A DNA stretch of 64,000 nucleotides from Amoebidium appalachense (lineage: Eukaryota; Protista; Ichthyosporea): the NCBI GenBank assembly GCA_963693365.1, contig CAVNZM010000009.1, forward strand, positions 8,165,408 through 8,229,407, read 5' to 3'. Of this stretch, positions 14,975 through 28,049 are shown piece after piece. Made by a program: the position numbers and the translations under genes. The notes under the pieces are model-generated. The model had not been told where the DNA came from, did not search any database, and saw only the letters and a program-made list of their open reading frames with translations. How positions within the stretch are numbered: position 1 is the stretch's first letter; every line of letters begins with the position of its first letter.

Positions 14975-15350
14975 TCACTCTCGGATACGGAGGAGATAAC
15001 TTGAACGACTTAAATAATCATACACCCTAGAAAACTCGTTAAACATACCGTGGTTCAACAGATAGTCAATAGACGTAATATCAGGATCATCTAAATAAGC
15101 CAGTCTTCAATTTCTAACGGAATAATCTGAGATAAATAAATACATCTATCTAAGTGTTTACGAGAAAAAGGTTCTGCACAAAAGTGGCACAAACATTTAT
15201 GGAAACAAAGGTTACAGCGCCAAAATAAACATTAAATTCCAAGCTATATCACCAGGAGGGGTTTGAAAAATCGGTAAGTGTGGTAGGTTTACGAGAGGAA
15301 GGATAAATATAAGTAGTAGTAATTTACACAACGATTGTAAAGAAAATAGA
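14975..15350 (-). pseudogene. LINE ORF2 C-terminal part, continuing the 50675-51735 fragment across the Gypsy insertion
   Basis: Minus strand reads FILPRKPTTLTDF, WRCNLCFHKCLCHFCAEPFSRKHLDRC and LNHGMFNEFSRVYDYL; it abuts TSD CGAGT. Confidence 0.7.
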
Positions 15351-15355
15351 CGAGT

Positions 15356-15524
15356 TGTCGTATCCTAATATATGTGTACTAGAGACGCGGCACTCTACTA
15401 AGTGTACACACACGAAAAGGAACGAACGTGTATAGAAAAACGGTAAAGTTTATTAAGACCAGGCTCCGACGGGCAAACTTAGATCCGTACGGATTAAGTC
15501 TAAGTTACGACTGAGGCCATCAAG
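15356..15524 (-). repeat. Distal part of the Gypsy 3' LTR (original orientation)
   Basis: Matches 44074-44242. Confidence 0.93.
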
Positions 15525-17251
15525 TGTCTGAGGTCGGGACCGAGTCTCATGGCTCGGCCCCTGCCTTAGCACCTACGGCTTTGATCTTAGCGCAGGAGGA
15601 AGATGTGTTGATTGGTCTGGTTAAGAATTATTTAAAGGGCCCGGGGCCGGTTGATTCGATTAAATTTAAAAATAAAAGGCAGATGATTAAGGTAGCTAAA
15701 TTAGCAAAAATGTGTCAGGTAGAGCAGGATTTAGTTTATCATTGTTCTGGGCCAGACGGACACCGAGTTTGGGTCCCGACGGCACTTGTGCCTGAGGTTT
15801 TGCATATGGTGCATGAGCATCCCATGGCTGGTCATTTAGGTGTAAATAGGACGTTGCTTCGTGTTAATCGTTCGTATTTTTGGCCGGGTATGAGTAGGGA
15901 GGTGAGGGATTATGTGTTGTCATGCATGCATTGTCAGGAAAGGCATGAGAGTCCCCACTCTCGTTCCCGCCCGTCGTTTATTAGGGATTTTAATGTTCGT
16001 ATGTTTGAAAGGGTAGCCGTGGATGTGGTCGGTCCTTTTAATTCTACGGTTGAGGGTAACACTGTTCTTGTTACCGTCACCGATGTGGCCACTCGTTGGG
16101 TTGAAGTTTTTCCTCTCCCCACTGCTAATGCCGTTTTGTTTGCTCGTATTTTTGTGGATGAAATTTGTCTTAGGTTTGGTTGTCCTCGTGTTTTGTTAAC
16201 GGATAGGAGTCGTGTGTTTTTAAATCAGTTGGTGTCGGAGGTGTGTAAAATTTTAAGGGTAGCTCATATCACTACGTCTGCATATCACCCTCAAGCAAAT
16301 GCCATCTCTGAACGTGTGCATGCAGTGTTTCAGAAGTCCTTTGGCAAAATGGTGGATGTGGAGGCTAATGATTGGGATCATATGTCTAGGTTTATTGCTC
16401 ATTCATATAATTCTACCCCTCATGCTGTGACTGGTTTTTCTCCGTTTTATTTGGTCTATGGGCAGGAGGCTATTAGTTTGTTAGATACGGCACTTTTGCC
16501 GATGGGGGGGGCTGACCGACTAACTTATCCCCACTGAACTGAGTTCCGGGAGCAGCTACTAACCCGGGCCCGGGCTGCACGTGATGCAGCTCTGGCCCGT
16601 ACACAGCAGGTGGCACAGACACGTGCAGACGTGTCCACACGTCCGTTACGTGAATTTGCCGAGGGTACTTTAGTTTTAATTAGGGATCATACTAGGAAAA
16701 AGAGATATAAGCAGGAGCAGGAAGGTAAGGGTGAAGGTGAAGGTCTTCGTAAGTATGGTAAGAAATGGTTGCCTCTTTTCATTGGCCCGTATAAAATAGT
16801 GGCTAGGTTAGGTCCGACGGAATATAAGGTGCAGAGGTTAGATAATGAGAGTGATGTTAGATTTTATAATGTAGATGATATACAGGAATATTATGATAGG
16901 GCCCTTAGGGTTAAACGGCCGGAGGGCCGTCGAGTGTTAGATGCATTCACCCCCGACTATGACGGGTCGGTGGATGTATCGGAGGCTGCAGTAGATAAAA
17001 TTATGGATAAAAAGGTTATCGAAGGTAAGGAAGGTAAGGTAAATTATTATTTAATTCGTTTTGAGGGAGGTTATCAGGAAGATCAGTGGTTGCCTGAGTT
17101 TCATTTGGATTGCCCGTTTTCTATTCGTGCTTATGAGGCTAGATTAGTGCAGAGGGAGTTGCCTAGTGCTCCCTCTAGGCCAAAGAGAGTTATTCCTCAG
17201 TTTAATCGTGGTGTGAAAAAGTCGGTGGGGGAGGGGACCGGGGGGGAGTGA
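15524..17251 (+). CDS. pol: Gypsy integrase with GPY/F motif and chromodomain (inverted segment; frameshift near the G-run at 16504-16511)
   Basis: HHCC finger (HEHPMAGHLG...CMHC), DDE (VAVDVVGP, LLTDRS, ISERVH), FIGPYKIV, and chromodomain VDKIMDKK...YYLIRFEGGYQEDQWLPEFHL. Confidence 0.93.
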
Positions 17252-17515
17252 TGCAAATACACGTAGACACACGGGGGGAGGGGGAGGGGGGAGGAGACCG
17301 AGGAGGAGTGTGAACGTAGTCGTAGGAATTTAATTTATTATCATAGGTGTCTCCGTAGGTATCAAGCTTATGGTGTAGATTAATTTATTATTTTTCTTCG
17401 TCATTCATTTAATTTAATTTTTTTAGGAGACTGATTAGTCTATGTCTTTTTAGGGGGTGTTAGATGTAATGTGACTGAGGTGGGACTCAGCTTTTCCGGG
17501 GGCCGGGGGGGGAGT

Positions 17516-18048
17516 TGACATATACTAATCCGTCTCAGCAGATTAGCCTAAGTCTACGATCGAGATCGGGGGGGGGGGGGGGGGGGGGGGGGGGGGTGGC
17601 CCGGGTCCACAGATCATCAAGATCAAGTCCGGGGCCTCAAGATAGCTGAACAGCTGCGTGCATCTTGCCTCTGCCGGCGCAGGGCATTGGACCACGTCAG
17701 CCGGGACAGCCGTCCAATAGAATTCTAATTAGTGTGTAGGATAGATCGTAGGAGGACTTAGGAATGTGATTGTTCGGGCAGAAGCCCTTTTGTAAGGATT
17801 GGCAAGGTTTGATAGTATATGTTGCCAAACGTATTTATATATGTAGATGTAGAGGAAAGGGGGGGAGGGAGGGGGGGGGGAGGATAGTATGAAATGTAGA
17901 TTTAGACTCTGCGGTGCCACTAGGGGGAGGGTGAGGGGTGAGACTTGGATAAATATATTAGTTGAGTAGATCGACTTAGCTCGTGCAGGCGCACGATAAA
18001 AGTAGATCGGAATGTTAATGGAATGTGGCATCGTAGGGGGCCAGGTGA
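17516..18048 (+). repeat. Proximal part of the Gypsy 3' LTR (inverted), preceded by [14 protein letters not shown] (17505-17515)
   Basis: Reverse complement of 50319-50669 plus about 44264-44435. Confidence 0.93.
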
Positions 18049-18065
18049 TCCCGACCTCAGACACT

Positions 18066-20307
18066 GACAAATACTACCGCCCCCCCCCCTCCCCTACACT
18101 TATAAGCAAGCAACCCCGGAGCCCAAGAAGAAACATCAACAGACACAGCATCTATTCCTTTCTGCTCACTCTCCCCCCCCTTCCCCCCTCCCCCCCCCGT
18201 CTCTCACTAGCCCCCCCTCCCCCTCCTTCTCTTCTTCAAACAAAATATAAGCAGCACGAGAGAGAGCATCACAGTCAACCATTGTTTCACCCTTGGCATA
18301 AAACAATTTATAGGAGAACTCACCGAGAGCCGCGGCCCACTTCTGCATCCTCTCGTTGACCAGACGAGTGGTGCCGGCCATGGCTAGGCAGGGCTTGTGG
18401 TCGGTGTAGACCTCAAACGTCCTGCCTGCGAGTATATACCTCCATGCCTGTGAGACTGCCCAAAAGATAGCATGGGACTCTCTCTCCGGATTGCTATATC
18501 TACGTTCACTTTTACTAAATGAACGACTAGCATAAGCAATCACTCTATCCTGCCCCTCCTGCACTTGATATAACACGGCCCCCTCAGCAACCTTACTTGC
18601 ATCACACCGAACTTTAAACATCCCCCCCCGGCCGAAAAATCAGGATGAACAAGCATACTCGAAGACTGCAAAGCTAACTTAAGCTTTTCGAAAGCAGAAA
18701 CAGCATCAGCATTCCAATCAATTCTATTCTTCTTCTCCCTCCCCGTCTGACTAGTTAACGGCAAAGCAAGCATACTATAATCCTTAATATAACGACGAAG
18801 ATAATTAGTTAAACCTAAAAATTGCCTTAGTTGAGTGACAGTCTGAGGACGGGGCCACTCAACTATGGCCCGGATTTTCTCCGGATCAGGGGCAAGACCA
18901 TTACTAGACACAATATGACCTAAAAACTTAACCTCCGGCACACCAATCACAGTCTTGCTACCGCTAATACGAAGACCAGACTCACCCAAAGCTAAAAATA
19001 CTTTTTCACAATTATTAACTAACTCCTCAAATGACCTACCTTTAATTAAAACATCATCCAAATAAGGGTGGCATACATCCAAATGAGGGTGGAGAATTTT
19101 ATACATTACCCGGCACAACATAGCTGGAGAGGAGAGCAAACCCATCGGCACCACCTTGTACTGGAACAGCTGGTCACCCAGTGCAAAGGCAGTCTTCTCC
19201 TTGCTGCTCTCCTCCAACCTTATCTGCCAAAAAGCTGCTTTTAAATCAAGTTTAGCAAAGTGAGTATAGCCGTGCAGCTGTGAAAGCTGCTCGTCTATGT
19301 TAGGGAGAGGCCATTGGTCTGCCTTAGTGATCCGATTCAGAGCCCTGTAATCGTTCACTAGACGCCAAGACCCGTCGGGCTTCTTAACCAATAGCACCGG
19401 ACTTCTCCACGGACTCGAACTATGCTCCACATGACCCTTTTTTATCATATCACTCAACTATTATTAGCGCATCCGACAATTTATACTGCTCCATTCTATA
19501 GCTAGGCATCACTACCGGCCTATTATCACCTGTGTCGATCTGCATTTCAAACCCTTTAACGAAGCCTACTTCGTTATCATCGGCCAGAAATGCAAACCGA
19601 GTCCTATCAAATAACTTAGCTAGCAATTTTTTCTGTTCTACCGTCCAATCCCCCTCCTTCATACCAAACGGCAATACTAACTCCGGGTTACCCCCATCAC
19701 AAGTGGATGCATCCTTATTCACCGGAGTGCCACTTAACATTTCACCTCCTGTATTACATCGGTGCTGCTCGGGGTGAGGGTGAGGTACCTCCGGATATAG
19801 GCGGTCACCCTTAGCACCCCCCCTCCCCCCGGCACACCAATGCCCCCGGGCAATTCCTGATGAGTTAGTGCATGTATGTGGGGGGCCAGGTCTGTGGCCA
19901 CCCTGCCCCCCACGGTGTTGGTTAACCCGTCAGATCCACGGGTTAGACCAACACCCTCCCCCCCTGCCTGCACATTCTCACACCCGGGGTGACCCTCCTT
20001 CCTCTTGGGGGTCGGGGGAGTGGGACCGGTGCTGTCCCGGTCCCCCCCCCCATCGTGTCGGGTGACATTTTGGTGGCTAACGTTAAATAAAGTTGTTCCC
20101 CCTCCTCCTGAGTCACCCTTCGAGCCGGCATCCTCCTTTTGGGTAATAAGAGAGACCTCTATACTACCAATCTCATTAGTGAAACTACCGACGGAAACAC
20201 CTGACCTAATCACTATAGGCTCGATGCCCGGATTCACTAATTCTATTTCTATTGTCTTATCCGGCCATACCCTACTAAGGGTCCATTGGGCCACCTCCTG
20301 AAATGGG
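18066..20307 (-). CDS. pol: Gypsy pol: post-protease region, reverse transcriptase and RNase H (disrupted)
   Basis: SPWRSPVLLVKKPDGSWRLVNDYRALN, DLKAAFWQI, YLDDVLI, FLGH; RNase H CDAS...YASRS...ERE...YTDHKP...DALSR. Confidence 0.95.
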
Positions 20308-20312
20308 GTTTT

Positions 20313-21020
20313 TGTCATCTTCACTTAATTCTCAGCAAGACTTAGAAGTTGAGTTTGGTATTTATTTATTAGTTGTTGTAGTTTGTTTCCTTTTCCTTTC
20401 TTCATTTCTTTCTTTCTTTTCCGTTTCCGTGTACACGACATCTTAGATCTGTGTACGTATCGACATACTTAGCTCGCGCACACGTATTGTCGTTTGCGTC
20501 AAAATCTATATATGTCATCCAATCATATCTCGTTTGTATTTTCCCAAATATAGTAACTTACATTCCTTTCTCATTCCTTTCCCACGACGTAGCATTGTGC
20601 TATGTTCTTCAACTATTAGGAATAATTATATTTAGACGTGTTATGATAAGAACATGTATAAATATATGTTATGAATTAATAGTTACATAAGTGGTTTCAT
20701 TTTATTAAATGTTTCCGTGCTTTTATTAGAAGTTTCTTTCATTAGAGGATTGAGTTTTATATTCTAAATGTCGACAGACATTTTATTCGATATATTTTAC
20801 ACTCATAGTTTTCATTCTTTTGATTGGTTTATCGTTTCACATTCCCAAGTATAAAAGGGACCTCATCTTGAAATAAATCACAAGCAGTCGTATTCACTTC
20901 CTATGGTTCCAGAAATCGTTCCTCCTCTCCGGTTGTGTTTTTCCCGTGTGTCTTTGTGTTGTGTTTTACATAACACCCATCTGTGCTCTCTGCTTCTCCG
21001 TTTACCCACACAAAATAACA
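20313..21020 (+). repeat. Copia-1 5' LTR, followed by PBS-like GGTTTACGGCCC (21021-21032)
   Basis: Direct repeat of 40667-41374; the only difference noticed is T/C at position 3. Confidence 0.95.
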
Positions 21021-21096
21021 GGTTTACGGCCCCTTTGCACGCTAACACACAATCTCGCTACAACCGCGAAAATCTCTCAGTCTTACTGCTTCAATC

Positions 21097-21132
21097 ATGA
21101 CTGACAAACCGTCGTATATCAACCTTCCAATA
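21097..21132 (+). CDS. gag: True start of Copia-1 gag (MTDKPSYINLPI), cut off by the DNA element
   Basis: Joins in frame to 35793 after removing the insert and one TSD copy: MTDKPSYINLPIWNPSEKRDEKRLNYFEW. Confidence 0.85.
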
Positions 21133-21737
21133 ACACATAATGGGAGAAATTGTAAACTTTACAATGTTGGGTAATCCACAACAGCCTATCTATATAGTTG
21201 TCTGTATAGTAAAATGCTAGGACCGGTAGGTGCAACTTCCCATGAAATGGGAATGATTTACTGATGTCAAAAGGCAATCGGCAAACACGGAGGCAAGATG
21301 CAAAGGGAAGGGAAGGGAAGGAAACACCAGTCGAACGCTGTCATTATAGCTCATCTCAGGTTTAAACCAAAACCCTGCCGGCACTGCCGGCAGAACACAC
21401 CTGCCTTCCAATCTTATTAAATGGACCGATTTCATATATGTACACAGGGAACCGGAGAATTATTCTAGCCGGCTTAGATACAAGCAAAATCGGCAGACAG
21501 GCCTGTGGTTTACCGTTTTCGATAGATCATACATGAGCTAACACATGCTTACATGCTTGCCGCGCGCCTATTTGTGCTTACAGGGTTACCAGGAAGACCA
21601 TGCAGTGTGCCAAATTTCACGAACCAACACCTGAAAATAAGAAGGGAAAACATGTGTCTGGAGATTGGGACAAGCAGAAGAGAAATGGATAACGGACTCA
21701 GAACGAACGTCTATGGAATATAAAATCATGGTCAGGG

Positions 21738-21905
21738 GACTCTGAGAGTCTAATCCCCCCTGCAAGACACCATCAAAATGCACTCATATGAAGAAGGTAA
21801 AACTCATTCCCTGGACTCTGAGAGTCTACTTCTCCCTGCAGACACCATCGTAACGCACTCATAAGTAGAAAGAAAAACAGACTTCATGGATTCTGAGAGT
21901 CCATT
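21738..21905. repeat. Left subterminal tandem repeat, unit about 75 bp, core GGACTCTGAGAGTC three times
   Basis: Copies at about 21738, 21813 and 21888; the core is a near-palindrome. Confidence 0.75.
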
Positions 21906-22329
21906 TCCTAGAGCAGAACATACTAATCAACCACATATTGTAAATGCTCAAAATATCGACCAGACTTTGAAAGTACGCGGTGGTTTTGTATATGAAGTAC
22001 ACTGGGACCGTTTGAATTCATCGAAAGAAAACAGACAACACAACACACACGAGTACTCCAACATTTAATTAAGACATACTACGAAATTTCCAGGGTGTCC
22101 GTTGCCGAAATATATTCATAACAAGAAGAATCTCTCATTCATATAAGGTCGTTTAACACAATGGAGAGGCCAGGACTCTTTGTCGTAAGTCAACATATCT
22201 ACACCGTGGAGGCAGTTTGCTATAACGAAGTATGCCAATTACGATTTCATTCCAAGGATAGCAATACCATACGCATTCGTGTGAAGGTCTATTGACGGTC
22301 ATTCGAGTTATAACAGACACCATACAGAA

Positions 22330-22650
22330 TATTACTATCCCTTGCGAGGGTTTCCGAAGGATGGTATTTTTTTCTTGATGCTGTATATGGGTACCCTTGG
22401 TCGTTTTGCGGGGACTGGCACCTCCGTAGATGCTCGGCGCTTGTGTGTTTGTCCTGATGGGTAACGATACAACTTTAGTTACAACCAACCCTCAAAAATT
22501 CCTGCATACGTGCTTCATGAATTTCACACACACACTCACACAAGCTTTCTCTCTGTCACTCTCTCTCTTGCTGTCTATCTCTATCTCTATCTCCCTCTCT
22601 ATCATCATCTCTTCTCCCCCTCTCACTCGCTGTCGCTCTCTCCCCCCCCC

Positions 22651-22721
<71 letters not shown>

Positions 22722-23335
22722 CCCCCCCCCCCCCCCCCCTCCCCCGTCTCTCTCTCTCCCTCTTAGCCCTACCTCCCTATCTCCGAATCTCCCTATTTCA
22801 CTCGGACATGCAAATGCACATACACTGCACAGAAAATGGCATAGACATTTGTCTCCCAAAAGCCCGTTTAGCATCACCACAAACAGGCTATGGAAACAGG
22901 CTATGGAATAATGCCAGTCGAGATACGTACCCGTCTTTGACATCACGAGCGGTTCGTTTTCTAAATCACTTGACACGTCGTTTTGGAGACTGTTGGTGTC
23001 ACCATCTGATTTGCTGGCCACACTGCCGGGGTTCTTGATGTTGTCGTTGTTGCTATTGCTCTCTGCGCTGTTGATGTCTGCATTGTGAATGTCAGTCCGA
23101 GTTCAGAGCCAATGCTCAGATAATGATTCGAAATGATTTTGTTGGTGTGGGTGGGGAAGCCTCAGAAGGAGTTTGTAACTTCTTTCAAGTCGAAAATTTT
23201 ATCACCATTGTCGTTTTTCTGCCCATGCCCATAGGAAATGTGGAGGTGGTGGTGGTTGTGGTGTTTGTGGTGGTCTGATGTGTGTGTGTGGGGGGGGGGG
23301 GGGGGGGGGGGGGGAGGGGGGTATGCCATGTTTGT

Positions 23336-23366
<31 letters not shown>

Positions 23367-23403
23367 CCGTGCATGTCATTGGCCGTGTGCTGGTTTGTGT
23401 TTG

Positions 23404-23473
<70 letters not shown>

Positions 23474-23801
23474 ATGTGCGTGTTCATGTGCATGTGCATG
23501 TGCATGTGTGGACGTCTGTCTCTGTGTACATGTTTAAATTATCTGCTTTAAAGCTCGGAAACGTATTGTTTTGGGTTGATCAAATATGGGTTGTCAGTTC
23601 GGGGATGGTATTGGCCTAAGCAAGTTACACTCCTGTCATTCAATCGTGTTCATTTTACCTTTTTGCAAGATCAAGAAGCAAGAAAGTCAGGAAATGGATT
23701 ATAGGGTTATGGTTTTCTTTTATTTATTTGTTTTGTTTTGCTTTTGTTCTTTTTATTTTTTATTTTTTATTTTTTATTTTTATTCTTTATTTTTTTTTTT
23801 T

Positions 23802-23832
<31 letters not shown>

Positions 23833-24910
23833 GGGGGGGTCCTCACCTGAATCGGGTGAGTCTGCACCATCCTGCTCCTCAGGGGATTCGTCTACGGCTG
23901 GTGCACCTATACGGTATAGTGTTTTTGCGCATGTGCGTGTGTGTGGGGATGTGTGGGGGTGTGCGTGGTGGAGGGGGTGGGGGTGGGGTGGGGATGGGGG
24001 GGGGGGGGGGGGGGAGGGGGGATTGGCCGTGAGGAACTGTTTGACATATTATGAGATAGCATGAAGGGTTTGCTAATGGGGTAGACTATTTGTAGGAGAG
24101 ACAGATTGTCGCTGAGAGAAACACACATAATGAAGGGTTAGTGTTGGTGGGTGGTGGGATGGGATGTGGGTATGTTTTTTTTTTTTTTTTTTTGGGGGGG
24201 GGGGGGGGGGGAGAATACAGACACAACATACAAGTAAACGAGTACAGGATTCTAGGGTGTGTTTCCATGATTTTGGGCCATAACAAAGTCCAGCGGTTTG
24301 CGGGTCTATTGAATGACGATGTGGACTGAGAAGACACCTTGAAGGTGTTTGTGAGACTTGTGACTCGTGCCGGGCATAATTTTAAGTGCATGTATGTCTA
24401 GGGGTGTTGAGGGTTGAGGAGAGAGTTGAGGGGGGAAAGGGGGTGGAGAAGGGGGGGGGGGTGGGGGGTGGGGGTGGTGGTGGTGGTGGGGGGGGGGGGG
24501 GAGGAAGGTTTTAAAACTTAGTACTAAAGTCGATGCAGTCTCCACATCTATTTATGGAACAGAACTCCACAACAGTTACCATAGTAAAGTATACAGTAAC
24601 AGCCGATATGTTAACGGATTCTGCTTCAATCATGTTGAAGGAAGTGATCTCGAAGGATACAAGGGGAGGAGAGTGGGAGAATGGAAGTAGGACGGGTACG
24701 GTGTGTGTATGAGGGTGTAGGGGTTTAAAGTGAATATGGGCGGGTCACGGTGGGGGGGGGGGGGGGGGGGGGGGGGGGCGAAGGGTGGGGGGGGGGGGGG
24801 GTTTGAGAAAGGCAGGAGGAAGGGGGAGGGGGGAGAAAGAGGGGGAGAGGGGGGTGAGGGTGGGGGGAAGGGGTTTGTGGGGGGGGGGGGGGGGGGGGGG
24901 GGGGGGGTGT

Positions 24911-24943
<33 letters not shown>

Positions 24944-26344
24944 CTTCGCCGGTTCGGGGATGGCCTCGGGGTTGTAACTGTCGGTGGGGTTGACAATTAT
25001 GAGAACAATTTCACCCTTCTTGGCGTTTGAGTTCGGGCTTGGATTCTTCCACTCTGCCAAGCGTGCCCGTTTCCCAGGGTCCCGGTACGCCCCTGAGCAT
25101 GGTGCTTTGAAGGGCTTGTCCTGCCGCAAGCTGGGCAGCGGATCCTCAATCGGCTCTGGCTCGACAGCCACCTGTTTGGTATGTATTGGTTAGTTATTAA
25201 AGGGGAAATGCGCGTCATGCAAACTTCTATAAAATTGACCATGTCATCGTGCAACCGTACCTAGGCCTAACAGCACATACCAGGGCAGGGTGGGTCACGT
25301 TGTGTGTATGAGGGTGTTTGTGTGTTTGAAGGAAGGGGGGGGGGGGGGGGGGGGAGAGAGAGAGGGGGGGGGGGTTGCCGGTTCTAGGACGGTATTGGCC
25401 TTACACAAGTCATGCAAATCATGTCCTTCAATGAGTTCATTTGTTCAATAGTCTTCCTAACTATTTGCAAATGTATGCGAGTGTGTGTTTGTGTCTACGT
25501 GTGTGTGTTGTGTGTATGTGCGTGTGTGTGCGTGTGCGTGTGCGTGTGTGTGTGCGTGTGTGTGCGTGTGTGTGTGTGTGTGTGCGTGTGTACCTGTTTT
25601 GGTTCTGCTCCTCCAGCCTGGGCCAACTCTCTCTTTCGGTGTATGAATTCTAGGGTTCTTGTTAGATCAAACGATCCCCGTGTGTTAGGGCTGTAGCCAG
25701 CTCCCACAGTTTTACTCTCCTTTCGGCCAGGCTGTACATCTCAAATAAAAGTGTTCGTGACTCCCGAACCTGGTCAATCGAGTACGGGTGCAATTCCAAA
25801 CATCTGCCCTTTGAGCAACACCTTGGAGTTCGGGTCGATGCGGCCAACTCTATGTTTTCGTCAGAAAGGGCTGTGTCTCGCCTTTTCGTGCGTGTTGTCT
25901 GTGCACCGGGAGGTCGTTTCTGACCCGAGTACTTCCTGGCGGGCTTGAGCACCACCCTTTGCACGTTCGCCAAACTTAAAGCCATTGCGTTGATTAGGCT
26001 ATATCATGGTACTCACCCAAGGACCACTGTACACAATGTACTACAACACATGTCTGATTGTGGCGCGGTCGTGAGTGTATCCCGCTTTTATATGACATGC
26101 ATTGTACTGCATGCGCCAATAGGAATTCTCCCTCATTCGCTGTTCAACATGGTTCATTTATGGCGGCGTCTCGTGAGGTTGATATCGAGGGTAAACTTTG
26201 AAAGTACGCAAACATTAACGTACAACCTTGATCAGTCGTCATCTACCGTGTGTACATACGGGGTGCATACTGTACGCCGCATGTACATTACACAAAAATA
26301 TTGACAGTATGCGCCTGTGATAGTTTGCGTTGTTCAGGGGCCCG

Positions 26345-26378
<34 letters not shown>

Positions 26379-27496
26379 GGGGGAGGGGGGGGGAGGGGGG
26401 GGGCGTGGGGGGGGAGAGGGGGGGGGGGGGGGGGGGGGTGTGTGTATGATCTCTACCGCAAGACGAAACCGGGTTACGGAACGATCTTGGTTTAGCAGCG
26501 TTAGCATAAATCACCTCGTTCTCCGGGCTCTGGTAGTCCGCGATCGACATCTAAACACGCGTGATCAGGTGTCATTTCGAGGAATATGGTATGTCCAATA
26601 GGAACGCAGCAGTATCATACGACTTAATGGTGCTGGCGCACGTGCACCGAAAATCGGAGTTAGTATATGCCGGACATGTACATGGTCGTCGATCGAGTGG
26701 CCCGGGGCCGCCAAGTCTCATGAGGTTATCGAGCGTAAACTTTGGGAGTACGCAAACATTAACGTACAACCTTGATCAGTCGTCATCTACTGTGTGTACA
26801 TATGGGGCCCGGGTGCATACTGTACGCCACATGTACATTATACAAAAATATTTCGCCTCAGTGTAAACACACGATATGGGGGGGGGGGGGGGGGGGGGGG
26901 GAGAAGGGAGGGAGAAGAGAGAAGGCTTTGAGGGAATCGAAGGGAGACCTGAGGATGGGAGGAAGGGACTCTGAGAGAGGGCGGGAGGGAAAGGGGAGAG
27001 GGGGGAAAGTGAACTTCGAGAGAGACTGGGAGGGAGAGGGAAGGAGGGGGGGGAAATGAGATACTGAGGGAGGGAGACTTGGACTGGCCAAGGGCCGTGA
27101 CCAGAGGACTTGATAGAGCTTTGGCCTGGGGACTCCTAGGAAGGGGGGGGGGGGGGGGGGGGGGAGGGGAGGGAGGGGCGGGGAGAGCCTCGGACTCTGA
27201 GGCTGACGGAGAAAGGGATGAGAGAGAGAGAGAGAGAGACGCAAGGGAGAGGGGGAGACAGAGAAAGAATGAGGGAGGGAGAGGGGGGACGGGGGAGACG
27301 GAGAAAGAGTGAGAGAGGGAGATGGAGAGGGAGAGGGGGGGGGGGGGGGGGGGGAGAGAGCGAGAGAGAGACTGAGAGAGAGAGTGTGTGTGTGTGTGTG
27401 AGAGAGAGCTTGAGAGAGAGATGGGTAGATATATAAATATATATATGATATATACACTATATATATATATATATACCGCCATATGTATATATAAGC

Positions 27497-27547
<51 letters not shown>

Positions 27548-27570
27548 ATACCGCCATATGTATATATAAG

Positions 27571-27620
<50 letters not shown>

Positions 27621-28009
27621 GAGGGAGAAAGGAAGAGAGACTCTGAGACAGAAAGAGAGAGAGAGAGAGAGGAGAGAGAGAACTTGAGGAGGAGACTGTA
27701 GGAATCGATGAGACCCTGGAGGGAGCAGGGGAGGAAGTGTGGGGGGGGGGAGCCTTGGATCGAACCACAGAATGTGCTCACATGAGTTTCCTTTTTATTT
27801 TCAATACGGATATGTTGGTTTTATTGAACGGAAAACTTCTTACGATTCTGTCTCCCCTGGTCTCTTATGGGAAAAGCTTGCTGCACGGGGTGTACCACAC
27901 TGCATTGGTGTTTTGTTAGAAGCACTCTTGTCTCAAACGTGTTACAATGTGCCCCATTAGGAAACAGTGCCAGTCTAGCTTCACTGTCAGACTGGGCCGG
28001 GGTGGGCGT

Positions 28010-28049
<40 letters not shown>

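Noticed and set aside
21738-21905. Palindromic repeats with spacers resembling a mini-CRISPR
   Set aside because: The spacers are similar to each other (tandem duplication), the context is eukaryotic and there are no cas genes.
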